Source of the DNA: Psilocybe cubensis
Lineage: Eukaryota
Direction of reading: 5' to 3'
NCBI GenBank assembly: GCA_017499595.2
Contig: CM039009.1
Location: forward strand, 1,054,001-1,118,000
DNA: 64,000 nt
Part shown: positions 1 through 10,405 of the stretch, piece by piece
Position numbering within the stretch: position 1 is the stretch's first letter
Layout: every line of letters begins with the position of its first letter
Translations under genes and position numbers: made by a program
The notes under the pieces: generated by a model
Database searches by the model: none
Told to the model about the DNA's origin: nothing
Seen by the model: only the letters and a program-made list of their open reading frames with translations

Positions 1-53
1 CAGAATGTGGTTTGACCCTGTTTATATATATAATGTACATCTGAGACACATGC

Positions 54-2147
54 ATGATTTTTCGCCTTGTGATCCCTTTTCCTACTCTTATGCCTTTTCT
101 TTCAGAATTCCGATATGTGGATGGATTTTGGTTGGCTTTACCCTCGTTTTTCCAACAAAGATCTCAGAGGCTACACACTCATGCATCGCATTCGACATAC
201 GTATTTGCAGGGGTTCTTGTCTGGATGGGTCTCGTCCGAGCGCTGAGGTGGAGGCGGTATAATGCCATCCACCGAAAGTACCTGCGGAAATGGAATAACG
301 GTAAGGGGACAATCACGCCAGAAGAGGCGCAGGAAATCACTTCGGTTGGTGCTGCCTACGATATGCCTCTTTTGCTCAACTATGCGCTGGCTTTTGCACT
401 GTTCAAGACATACGCAATCGTAAGATTTTGGTACTAGTCCCTCATCGACGCGAAGACTCATTTTACACCCATCCATCAATGTTGATCAGCCGTCGATCTC
501 TACTTTATTGAACAAGACTAAACAGCTTAGCTCGACGGAGAATATCTCGAAGCGATACGCGGATGTACGTCATTCAAGTTTTCTTCTCGCTTTGGGCGCT
601 GACTGACAGCTGGTTCTCGGAACTCACTTATCTTATCAGACCGAACTTCTCATCGGTACGTCCAACGGAGTTTAGTGAGAATGACCTCATTTTGACGATC
701 CAGTGCTTCAGCAACTTATTTCTTCTGCCCGATATCTGGATATGTTAATCCTTCGATGTATGGCGACGATCCTAAGTCCTCCTCCATGGATGATCCACGG
801 GCAATGATTGCACTCGCACGCACTAACTATCTTCATTCAAAATACCAAATTGTATGTCGTCATTCTCACTATTTCTATCTGGATCGAGGTGTATACTCAT
901 CATACGTAGTCAAATAACGATTTCTTATACACTCTTTGTTTGTTCGCACTGGAGCCCAACGTGGGTGTCACTGTTTTTTTATCTCTAACACGAGAGCCTA
1001 GACTAATGAAGCTTCAAATCAGACTTGGGCAGGCCGTTGGGGCTGGCGGGCATTATCTCCTCTCGAGAGACACGCCTATTATGTTTTCTGGGCTGAAATT
1101 GGGAGAAGAATGGATATCAAGGATATTCCAGATAGTTTTGAAAGCCTTTCTGCATGGTCAAAGGCGAGTCGGGCGCTTGGCTATCTTTTTCTGGCTAGTA
1201 ATAATAATTATCGTTCTACTATCTAGGAGTACGAAAGGGTTCACATGGTTCCAGCGCAATCTAACCATGACTTGGCTGGTTTTACGCTTGAAGAGCTGCT
1301 TTCGGCTGTACCTGAGTTTGGTGGACTTAAATCCTTTGCGAGACGATTGGCGATTTGTGCCATGGATGATATTGTGAGGGAAGCGATGATGTAAGTTCAA
1401 TTATTTTTACAAAATGTTCCCAATTATTTTCCGCTCGCCTGTGCCGACATTTTACATTGTATTCAGGTATCCGAAGCAGCCATGGCTGCTTCGGACAGTT
1501 GTATGGTGGTCCCTGTACTCTGTTGGCGTGTTCCAGCGGTGGTTCTTACTCCCTCGAGGTTTTCCATCTACCCCTGTAAATGTCACTCAAAACTTCAAAA
1601 CAGGTGGAGGTTGTCCTCGTCTGCATCCCAATAAGTACGCCTGCATTGCTGACCCATTTGTTTTGTATATGTCTGAACATATTTATTGTAATCAGGTGGG
1701 CTGCACGACCGTGGTACAGGCCTGAGCCTACAACTTCATTTGGATACTTCACGGAGAAGTTACTAGTGAAATTAGGATGGTACTCTGAGATGCCAAGCAG
1801 CATGTACGTCGCTTTTACTTATGTTTCGCATCTGTAAGCGCAACAAACCTTACCAATCTATTCTATGAAAAAGGTTGAAGAGCACAGGATATAGGCTGGA
1901 AGAGATGGTGAGCGCTTAGTGTTTTGACTGGTAATTCTTTCGTAGTAAACGGTAATTTTGTTTGACAGGGTCCGCAAGCCTTTGAAAATGGTGACTTCTT
2001 CCCTTCTTACCCACGAATGATAGACTAACTTGTGATAATTTAGCGGGCCATGAGGAGGTTATGCGAGAGGCATCCAAACTCCAAGGTCATCCAGTTTTGG
2101 GACCTTGGTCATTGGAAGGAAGAAAAGGAATATACCAACGAACCTAG
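54..2147 (+). CDS. ER-bound oxygenase mpaB / rubber-oxygenase-like family protein, copy 1 (multi-exon)
   Basis: N-terminal TM followed by LVRALRWRRYNAIHRKY; ALAFALFKTYAI|PSISTLL; DDPRAMIALARTNYLHSKY (RxNxxHxxY); WAEIGRRMDI motif. Multiple GT-AG introns; last exon GHEEVMREASKLQGHPVLGPWSLEGRKGIYQRT* with TAG at 2145-2147. Confidence 0.8.
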
Positions 2148-2500
2148 TGTAAATGCTGAATCTACATCTTTTCTAGCGTATTTTCTTTTTTTTTATGTGA
2201 ATGAAGCTTACTCACAAACCTCTTACCCGTTTCACCTGGAGCGCTTATATAGCAATGTCACCAATACACTTTACTGTTAGTGTAACTTAGATGCGCCGCT
2301 GCCAATCCATGATTCCGTACGAGTGATCTCTTCATTATATTGTACTTACTAGCCCGATATTTAGGGGGAGCCGAATAGTCATGTGGACTAGTTAAGAAAA
2401 GCTAGGCTATGTTTAGGCATCAGATGTTTTTCAATCATGGCACATGCCCATGACGGCCAGCACGAAGCAGGGGGTTTCTTGAGCCCTGCTTTAGTCTCTC

Positions 2501-4522
2501 ATGTTGGCTCTAAGTGACAGTCCAAGGTTGTTCTACGATATATTCCGGCGCTTGGTCGATACTCTTCCCAGCGGCGGAGAAGAAATCCTTCACTTTTTAA
2601 GCCATATCCCAACACCAGGGGCTGTAACCGCTGTGATTGTTACTTGGCTAGTTCTGGTTCGTGCATGTCGTTGGCGACGGTACAACGCGATCCATCGTAA
2701 ATATGAGGATAAGTGGGATAATGGCAGAGGGGAGATCACACCGGAGGAGGCCCAGGAGATCGTGAATGTGTCATTCATGTATGAGATGCCACTGCTGCTT
2801 AACTATGCTGTTGCGTTTGCCTTGTTCAAGACGTATGGGATTGTGAGTGTGTTCAAATATGATGTGATTGAAGTTGGACTCAATTCATAACTTCACTTTA
2901 TAGCCGTCGATATCTTCATTGCTTGTGTCGACAAAGCAACTGAAGGAGAACGTTTCGAGGAGATACGCAGATGTGAGTGTTGCTGTCTAAAATATCCTGT
3001 TATTGCAGTATCAGAACGGTTAGCGAGGCTAGACAGAACTTATGATAGGTGAGGGGAGTTTTGACTAACAGTACATTTTCTGACCGTCGTACGTTTGTAA
3101 CAGCCACATTCTTCGGGTGCCCAATATCCGGATTCAGTGACCCATCTTTCCATCCTGATCCCAGCGTTCCGGCAGATGATCCCAGGGCAATGATAGCTGT
3201 GGCACGCATGAATTATCTGCATTCCCTGCATAGGATTGTAAGTTTTTCATCTCCCAGCGTAATACCTATTGTTTCTCAACTTGGTAAACTTTTTTCTTCA
3301 ATCCTTAGGCCAACGAGGATTATCTTTATACACTTTCCTTGTTTGTATTGACGCCCAGTGTAGGTTTGTTTGAGTAGGAAATTAAATGAATTTTTTGCTG
3401 ATCAAATTGTTTGTGTTTTATGCTTAGCTTTGGGCAAGTCGTTGGGGGTGGCGCTCTGCCTCGCCTCTTGAGCAACATGCGTACTATATTTTTTGGTATG
3501 AAATTGGGAAAAGAATGGGAATTAAAGACATTCCCGATAGCCTACAAGGTCTCATAGAATGGTCCGAGGTGCGAGCATTACATCAAATAATTGTGTACGG
3601 TCTCATGCTCAAAAGTGCATAGGATTACGAGGAGCGCAATATGATCCCGTCAGATTCTAATCATGAACTCGCAGAATATACACTCGACGAACTGCTGTAC
3701 GCCGTCCCTAACATTTTGGGCCTCAAGGCCTTTGGGAAAAGAGTAGCTATCTGTCTGATGGAAGACAGAGTGCGAGTGGCTATGATGTAATGTATCAATT
3801 CATTTCGAGAAACCCCTCATAGCTAAATGTTGGACATATTCAAAACACACAGGTACCCAGAACAACCGCGGCTTCTCAAGGCTTTCGTTTCTTGTCTCAT
3901 GGCCTCCATTGGTTATTTTCAACGTTACTTGCTTCTACCAAGGCACTCGCCTCGTTTCCCCGTAGACGTCAGTAACAAAATTACAGCTCTCGATAAAATT
4001 AGCGGTTGTCCTCGGATGTATCCAATGAAGTAAGCCGCCGAGTTTGGGTATTGCATTTCTATCTATAGAGACGGCTGATGTACGCCGACCAGATGGACTG
4101 CCCGCCCATGGTACAGACCGGAGCCAACGAATATGTATTCTCTCTGGCGAGACAGGTTTCTTGTAAAGATCGGCTGGTTCTCCGAGATGCCAGGGCCCCA
4201 GCAAGTTTTTCTTTACATTAATCGTCTTACCATCTGTCATGCTGATTAACATTGAATTTAGTTTGAAAAGTTCGGGGTATAGGATTGAAGAAATGGTGAG
4301 TAGGATGTTAGGCTCTGGACAAAGTTCATGCTAACAGAAAATTCTAATCACTGGCACAGGGACCTCCCCGGTTTGAGAATGGTAAGCATATTCAGCTCGA
4401 GATACTCTACGCTCCGCTTACCCATATTAATTTTAGCCGGACACGAGGAAGTTATGCGTCGCGCAGCCCAGCTACAAGGCCGCCCAGTGAAAGGTCCGTG
4501 GTCACTGGAAGGAAGGAAGTAG
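2501..4522 (+). CDS. ER-bound oxygenase mpaB / rubber-oxygenase-like family protein, copy 2 (multi-exon)
   Basis: Paralog of 54-2147: LVRACRWRRYNAIHRKY, AFALFKTYGI, DDPRAMIAVARMNYLHSLH, WYEIGKRMGIKDIP; ends GPWSLEGRK*. Intron positions correspond to copy 1. Confidence 0.8.
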
Positions 4523-5300
4523 ATGTGGTCAATAACAACTTCCGACGGTCTATCGATACGATTTATCAAATGACAAGGATATGAGCGCTCTCGTATTTAT
4601 TAACTATACATTTTAATGTCTGACCGCTTTCCATACCTACCGAAGAAGTTCGGCGGGGATATATACCAGTGAAAAATTCCCAAAATATCTCATGATAAGA
4701 CCAAGTTTACCCTTAGATTCTGAATGCGTCAGTTTCAAGGGAGTGACGACTCTCATTATATATATGGGCTGCCAATACGGTACAACCAACAATTTGATCA
4801 ACAAGATGAAGGCTGAAGCTTAGAGTAAGTTGGCACCACTATTAGCACAGCTTGCAAGTATAACCTAGATCTGGGAGAACTGCGGTCATAACAGCCTACT
4901 TGATCATGCACTATTACTATCGGTAGACTACACTGTGTTGTGGTGTAATTAGTCAATTACGATCGACCAATGGAGTATGACTGGGTTAAAATCTTTGCTT
5001 ACTTCTATATGGTTCGAGGCTAACACGAGGGATGCGAAGGCAGGGTAGCGCACGCCATTGCTGCGACCCTGTCTATTTTTAGACTCACTGCCTGTTGAGG
5101 GTTGCACTGCTTTTAGAGACTCCCACACCCTGGCCCTTGTCATTGTGTGTATAATCCGCCCCGGCATCACGAAGCGTTTTGTCTTCATGCCCATTGCTCC
5201 TCGCCCCGATCCTTCATTTTTTCCTCAACATTACCTTTAATCTCTAACATCTTGTTCGTTCAATCTCCTTTCACGAAGCCATTTGCAGCAGGACGGCAAC

Positions 5301-7405
5301 ATGGCCGTGTACAATACACCTATGAACAATGCTCCAGGACACTACCTGACGACCAACTACCCGCCACAACGAGACGCCATGTACGATACTGTAACTTTAG
5401 TCTCCTCCGTTGAGACCAAGGTCCCGGCGGACTCACGACAGATTTCTCGGACGCCCAGTCCAACACCAAGCGAAGCCAAGGCACTTCAGACGGGGTTTCT
5501 TGATTGGAAGACAATGAGGCAACCCAAGTATTGGTTCAGGAGGGAATGGCTTTGTGCGCCTCGAGATCACTTATGCGTTGGAAAAATCCCTGATATCTCT
5601 TCCGACTAGGGTACTACATTTTGCTTGCGGTTACTCTTGTCCTAGTGGGCTTGATGACCATCTACCACAAGCAGATTGTAGATTGGTTAACCCCGGTCAC
5701 ACAGTGGCTATTCAAGTTCGTCTACCTTTTCTTTCTTCTATATGAACATTTCACTCATCGAAAAAAACCGTGTTCAGACTGAAGTTTGGGTGGCTAGTAC
5801 CAATCGGCGTGCTATTCGTCATTTCATTCCCTCCTGTAATGCTTTACTTTTTCGAGCAGAAGACGCATACTCACCCCTACTGATTCAGTTGTTTGGACAC
5901 GAAATTGTTGCTGTTCTCTGTGGACTGGTGTGGGGACTATGGGTAGGATTTGGCATTGTCGCCGCTGGCACTTTTCTCGGAGAAGTAGGAAACTTCTAGT
6001 GAGTAGCGCTTCTACGTCGAAGCTACGATGATGACGTTATACTGTGCTAAATTTTGTAATTTGTGAATAGCGCCTTTAGATACTGTTGCCGAGCGAGAGG
6101 TGAAAAGCTAGAGAGGACAAGTATCTTTTATGCATGCCTGGCACGGGTTGTGCGCGATGGCGGATTTAAGATTGCTTTAATCGCTCGTTTGAGCGCAATA
6201 CCTGGTCATTGTGAGCATTCATGTCGATTCAATTCATTGCGCCTTTTAGTCTGACGGCACCATAAACTACTAACTATTAGTTACCACTGGCATATTTTCG
6301 GCATGTGGCATGGGGATTATCATCTTTTCGATCGCTGCTATCCTTTCTCTCCCTAAACAATTCATCACAGTCTACCTTGGAGTCATTCTTAAACAATCCA
6401 ATGACGGTGAGGGATGAGTTGCCATTGGAACCTCTGATTCAACAGACTGAAAAATCTTTAGGAACCGAAGACACAAAAAGCAAAATAATCAGTGATACGG
6501 TCCTCGGCATTACTGTAGTTATTACATTTGTCGCAATGTGGTATATTTTCCTTCAGATGAATAAAGTAACACCACAAGTCATCTACGAGAGGCGAAAGGC
6601 GAGGTATTTCGTTTCTTTAAATAATCTTCTTTATCGATTCTGACGATAAATCAGACAAGCGAAATTGTCAAGAGCAACCGGCTCTCCATACATGCATGCA
6701 GGACCATCCATGACAAACCCAGACGTCTTTAACCCAACTGGGTCAGAGTCGGACATTCCACTCACAAGCACCCATCACGACGCCGCACATCAGCAATGGG
6801 ACCGCCATGGCAAGGCCATCGGTTATGCACCAGATCCCAACCTTTACACGCCCCAGGCACGTACACCTACAAGGCCTGTATTTACCTCGAATTATCCCCG
6901 CGACGAGGAAGAGGCAGCCGGTCACCGACCGCTTCGAGAAGAAAGCACAGATGATGTAGAATGGGATATTCCACAGCGTGGAACTACGTCCCCTCGACTG
7001 AACGCTGTTGTCTCACCAACTTCTTTACACAATCCATATTCGCCTAACCACCGACGGGACTTTGAGAACGAGATAGTTCAAACACCTACTCAGGCCAGCT
7101 TTGTCAACGAAGGGGCAGGTCCCTCAACTGTGCGGATGGTACAGTCCAGTAGCAACAAGCCGCATGGGTCTTTCGATGTAGAGGACCCATACGGCGGGTA
7201 CGAGGTCCCCCACCGCCATGGCCATGCACATGAACTCACTGCTTCATCTTTCCGTACGGCGTACAGTAGCTCTCCTGACGCTATGGATGACGCTCCTATA
7301 CCCAATCCACACGCTGCTTCGAGTCACCCCTACCCAGGCCCTATATACCCTTCTCCCAGACCACAATCACCAAAACCTCCTAGTTATGTCACAACCTTGC
7401 GCTGA
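5301..7405 (+). CDS. TVP38-like / SNARE-associated Golgi (DedA/VTT) membrane protein with disordered C-terminal tail
   Basis: SRTPSPTPSE N-terminal motif, LFGHEIVAVLCGLVWGLWVGFGIVAAGTFLGEVGNF, ARLSAIPGH, several TM exons; long Pro/Ser-rich last exon ending at 7405. Confidence 0.8.
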
Positions 7406-7813
7406 GCGGCTAGTTTCCGCTCTCAGTACGATGATTCTGTTTATGGACTTGTAGTACATTATCTTTCTTCCTTGAATGGACGCGAACTTTCATCAATATA
7501 CTTCAGCTAGATATATTACGACTTTACGACTACTAGTATTAATGTTGGAGACATCTGGCTACGAATAAATGATGAGATCGTAACTAGGAGTTCTTCAAAA
7601 GTTCAAATCCTCACTTTTGCGTTGAAGATGAATTGACAAGTCACCCATTTTTTTTGAAAAAAAAAATCTACTCTTCAATAGGATCTTCTAACACGCTGTC
7701 TTTGCGATTCTACTTTCATCTAAAGCGTTGTCTGGAAACCATATTATTGTTGCAAGTACAATTGAGTGGGATTCGAAGGAGCTGGTAGTCGGACTTCGGG
7801 CATAGGAAAAAAT

Positions 7814-8040
7814 AAGTGCAGCGCAAGTGCGCAAGTGCAAAACGTGCAAATGCAAGTGCACGGTGGCTGTGCTGCAGTGCAATGCGAGTGCATGCGAGTG
7901 CATGCAAGTGCACACGCAAGTGCAGTGCAGTGTGCGCGCAAGTGCAGTATAATGCACACGCAAGTGCAGTGCAGTGTGCGCGCAAGTGCAGTATAATGCA
8001 CACGCAAGTGCAACCAAAAAAAAAAAACGCAAGCGTGCAG
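7814..8040 (+). repeat. GCAAGTGCA/GCAGT-type minisatellite array 1 (subterminal), including an exact 44-bp tandem duplication
   Basis: Unit GCAAGTGCAGTGCAGTGTGCGCGCAAGTGCAGTATAATGCACAC at 7916-7959 and 7960-8003; followed by an A-tract near 8016-8027. Confidence 0.9.
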
Positions 8041-8210
8041 GCTGTTATGTAGTACATAGCGTCTTGTACTTGATATACATGACATGTACGTAGCTAATCA
8101 ATGTAGTACCTACTAAATTGAATACTATTACTTTGTTTTTGACTTCACTGCCTTTGCTGCGGTCCTATTTTCCGGGATAGGTCGTGGCCTAAGGATTCTC
8201 TTCTCTTCTA

Positions 8211-9348
8211 CTAGTTTTGGCTCGGTGGGTTGTATAAATTTGACAAAGTTTGGGCCAGTCTGAGCGAATATTTTTGAGATTGAATATTAGCAATAGTAAA
8301 AGATAAACATACCATTCCTTCGTCACTGTCTATCTCAATGTCGCCATGGTTGTAATAATCGGGAACTCCTGCGTATGGAAACCAACCTTGCGGCTCTCCA
8401 GCATCCAGACCCCACTGATAATTACCTGCAAGTCCGGCGCGGCTTGAAACCTCAAACATCTCCTCTTCCAACGATGCCAATGCCTCTAAGTCAACATCCA
8501 GTGTTCGGATCGGGAAAGGTATATCATTTTTTGATCTGTTTGTCCTTTGGTAGACCTGTTTTGAAATGCTCACTATTAGATTTGGGCGCCTAACCATTGA
8601 ATCAAATAGCGTTGAAAGTCTTTTGGCCTCGGTGTCCCAAGCAATTGTTGAATGTGCTGAGATACAGTTTCTGAGTAGATTTGTAAGTACAGTATAGAAA
8701 CACGGTTAGATTAAGAGAGATACCTCGAATATAGTCATCGATATTTTGAATTTTTGTGTTCAATTCATCGTCGGGATCAAAGTACCGAAGTACATGCTTG
8801 ATAAATGTCTGCATCAACGCCATACCATTAGAGTTTTCATGGATTGGGAACATTATAGTTCAGACTCACAAAAAATGTCATCCAGTAGCAGAATTCGTTA
8901 GAATAATGGTTAGAGGCAAGGATCACCAGTGAAAATTTACTATCGCATGAATTCGGGTTTAATTGAACGGAACCAAAATGTCTTCTTGGCAAAATAGGGA
9001 ATCAATTTGGAATACGGACAGATATAATAAAATGAACTTATTCTTCAGGTTCAATAAGATTGGTAGGCATGATAGAAAAGACACATATCTTCTCACAAAG
9101 TAGAGTGAGACCTCCGTGAAGGGCCAGCCGTTTGCACTATATAATAAACATTTATCTGCCAGTATCACATAAATGAATATTGTCAGTTAACTGTCATGAA
9201 AAATATCAAGTAATAGTATATACTTACCTTTCACAGTGTACCTGCTTTACAGATTATGATTAAGCATACCCAATCCAACCCTTTCGTTCTCAGACAGCTG
9301 TTGATTGACGAAGGGGTTGACGAGGTCACGGTCTCTAATTCTAGACAT
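8211..9348 (-). CDS. Intron-containing cargo gene of unknown function inside the transposon (possibly degenerate; 3' end uncertain)
   Basis: ATG at 9348 (MSRIRDRDLVNPFVNQQLSENER); GTAAGT donor and CTGAC...CAG acceptor; exons DKCLLYSANGWPFTEVSLYFVRRY, MFPIHENSNGMALMQTFIKHVLRYFD and LEEEMFEVSSRAGLAGNYQWGLDAGEPQGWFPYAGVPDYYNHGD. Confidence 0.55.
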
Positions 9349-9403
9349 GTCACGCGTCAACCCCACTAAAAGCCTTCAATAGGCACGGTGACACTCAAGT
9401 ACT

Positions 9404-9624
9404 ATGCAGTAAACATAAGTGCATTCAAGTGCAATGCAAGTGCACGCAAGTGCAATGCAAGTGCAGTGCGAGTGCATGCGAGTGCAGTGCGAGTGCATGA
9501 AAGTGCATGCAAGTGCGCGCAAGTGCACGTGAGTGCAGTGCGAGTGCAGTGCAAGTGCACGCAAGTGCAGTGCAGTGCAAGTGCAGTGTAACGCAAGTGC
9601 ATGTGACATAAATGTGACATAAAT
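9404..9624 (+). repeat. GCAAGTGCA/GCGAGTGCA minisatellite array 2 (internal), ending in ATGTGACATAA x2
   Basis: Dense repeats of (GC)AAGTGCA and GCGAGTGCA in the same orientation as array 1; ATGTGACATAAATGTGACATAAAT at 9601-9624. Confidence 0.9.
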
Positions 9625-10405
9625 TAGAAGGTTATTGGAGACAAGTCAATTATTGTATAATTGCCAGCAGAATCCCCAGTTATAAGCATACTTTTTGATG
9701 TTACCCAATTCCTTAATCCAAATAGCGGAAGGTTTAGTAGGCAGACATTGTTTTGCTTGATGTAGTACCTCATCATTGTAGAGAGAATATTCAAACTTAT
9801 TTTCAATTTATTTCGCCCCAAGGTGCCCAAAGAGAATAAAAAACACCATTCAAGAGGATGGGTACACCACACAGACCGAAATATATAAGTTTTATGTTTT
9901 ATTTGCCCATACTCCAAGGCAAAAGGTGTATTTACAACCAGTTCATTGGTCCTTGTGACGACAGATCACAAGTCCGTGACAACACATCCCTGACAGTGCA
10001 ATGTGACAGAAAATGGCGCACAAACTGTCTGAAGCATGTTTTAGAATAAATAGTCTAACAGAGGTAGTATTCAAAACTCATGCTAGCAGCCAAAATTGTT
10101 TATTTGCCTCAGACCTCAGGCGTACGAGCAAAACATGGCATGTTCTCCTCACTCGGCATGCACCGGCACCCTAGTCCCGAGGAAATAATTGTGACATATT
10201 GGCCCACTGTCACGCGCGACTCTTGCATGCACTTGCATGCACTTATTTTTCTATTTGCCCTCGGACTTCCAGATGAAGGCGAATCAACCGGCATGTGCCG
10301 AAAAAGTCGAGTGCATATCCCGTCTCACTTTCAAGGTTCTTAACCATCACACACACATCGCCTGCTTCTTCCACACATCCTCTAAAGGGCCGCCTCTTCA
10401 GATAC

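Larger units (their letters stand above)
7798..10260. mobile_element. Non-autonomous TIR DNA transposon (Mutator/Foldback-like), 2463 bp, 9-bp TSD
   Basis: TCGGACTTC occurs at 7789-7797 and again at 10261-10269, directly abutting the ends. Left end GGGCATAGGAAAAAATAAGTGCA vs reverse complement of right end GGGCAAATAGAAAAATAAGTGCA: 19/23 identical. Internal GCAAGTGCA arrays. Confidence 0.85.

Noticed and set aside
7647-7667. T8-G-A10 inverted homopolymer hairpin
   Set aside because: Short low-complexity tract downstream of a gene and outside the TSD; no supporting structure.
7688-8085. Overlapping Cys/His/Ala-rich ORFs in several frames (also 9376-9620) resembling metallothioneins
   Set aside because: They are translations of the stop-poor GCAAGTGCA minisatellites and are open in many frames on both strands.
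7814-9624. Repeat arrays as CRISPR-like or telomeric repeats
   Set aside because: No constant repeat with unique spacers, no cas genes, no TTAGGG; the context is eukaryotic and within TIR/TSD boundaries.
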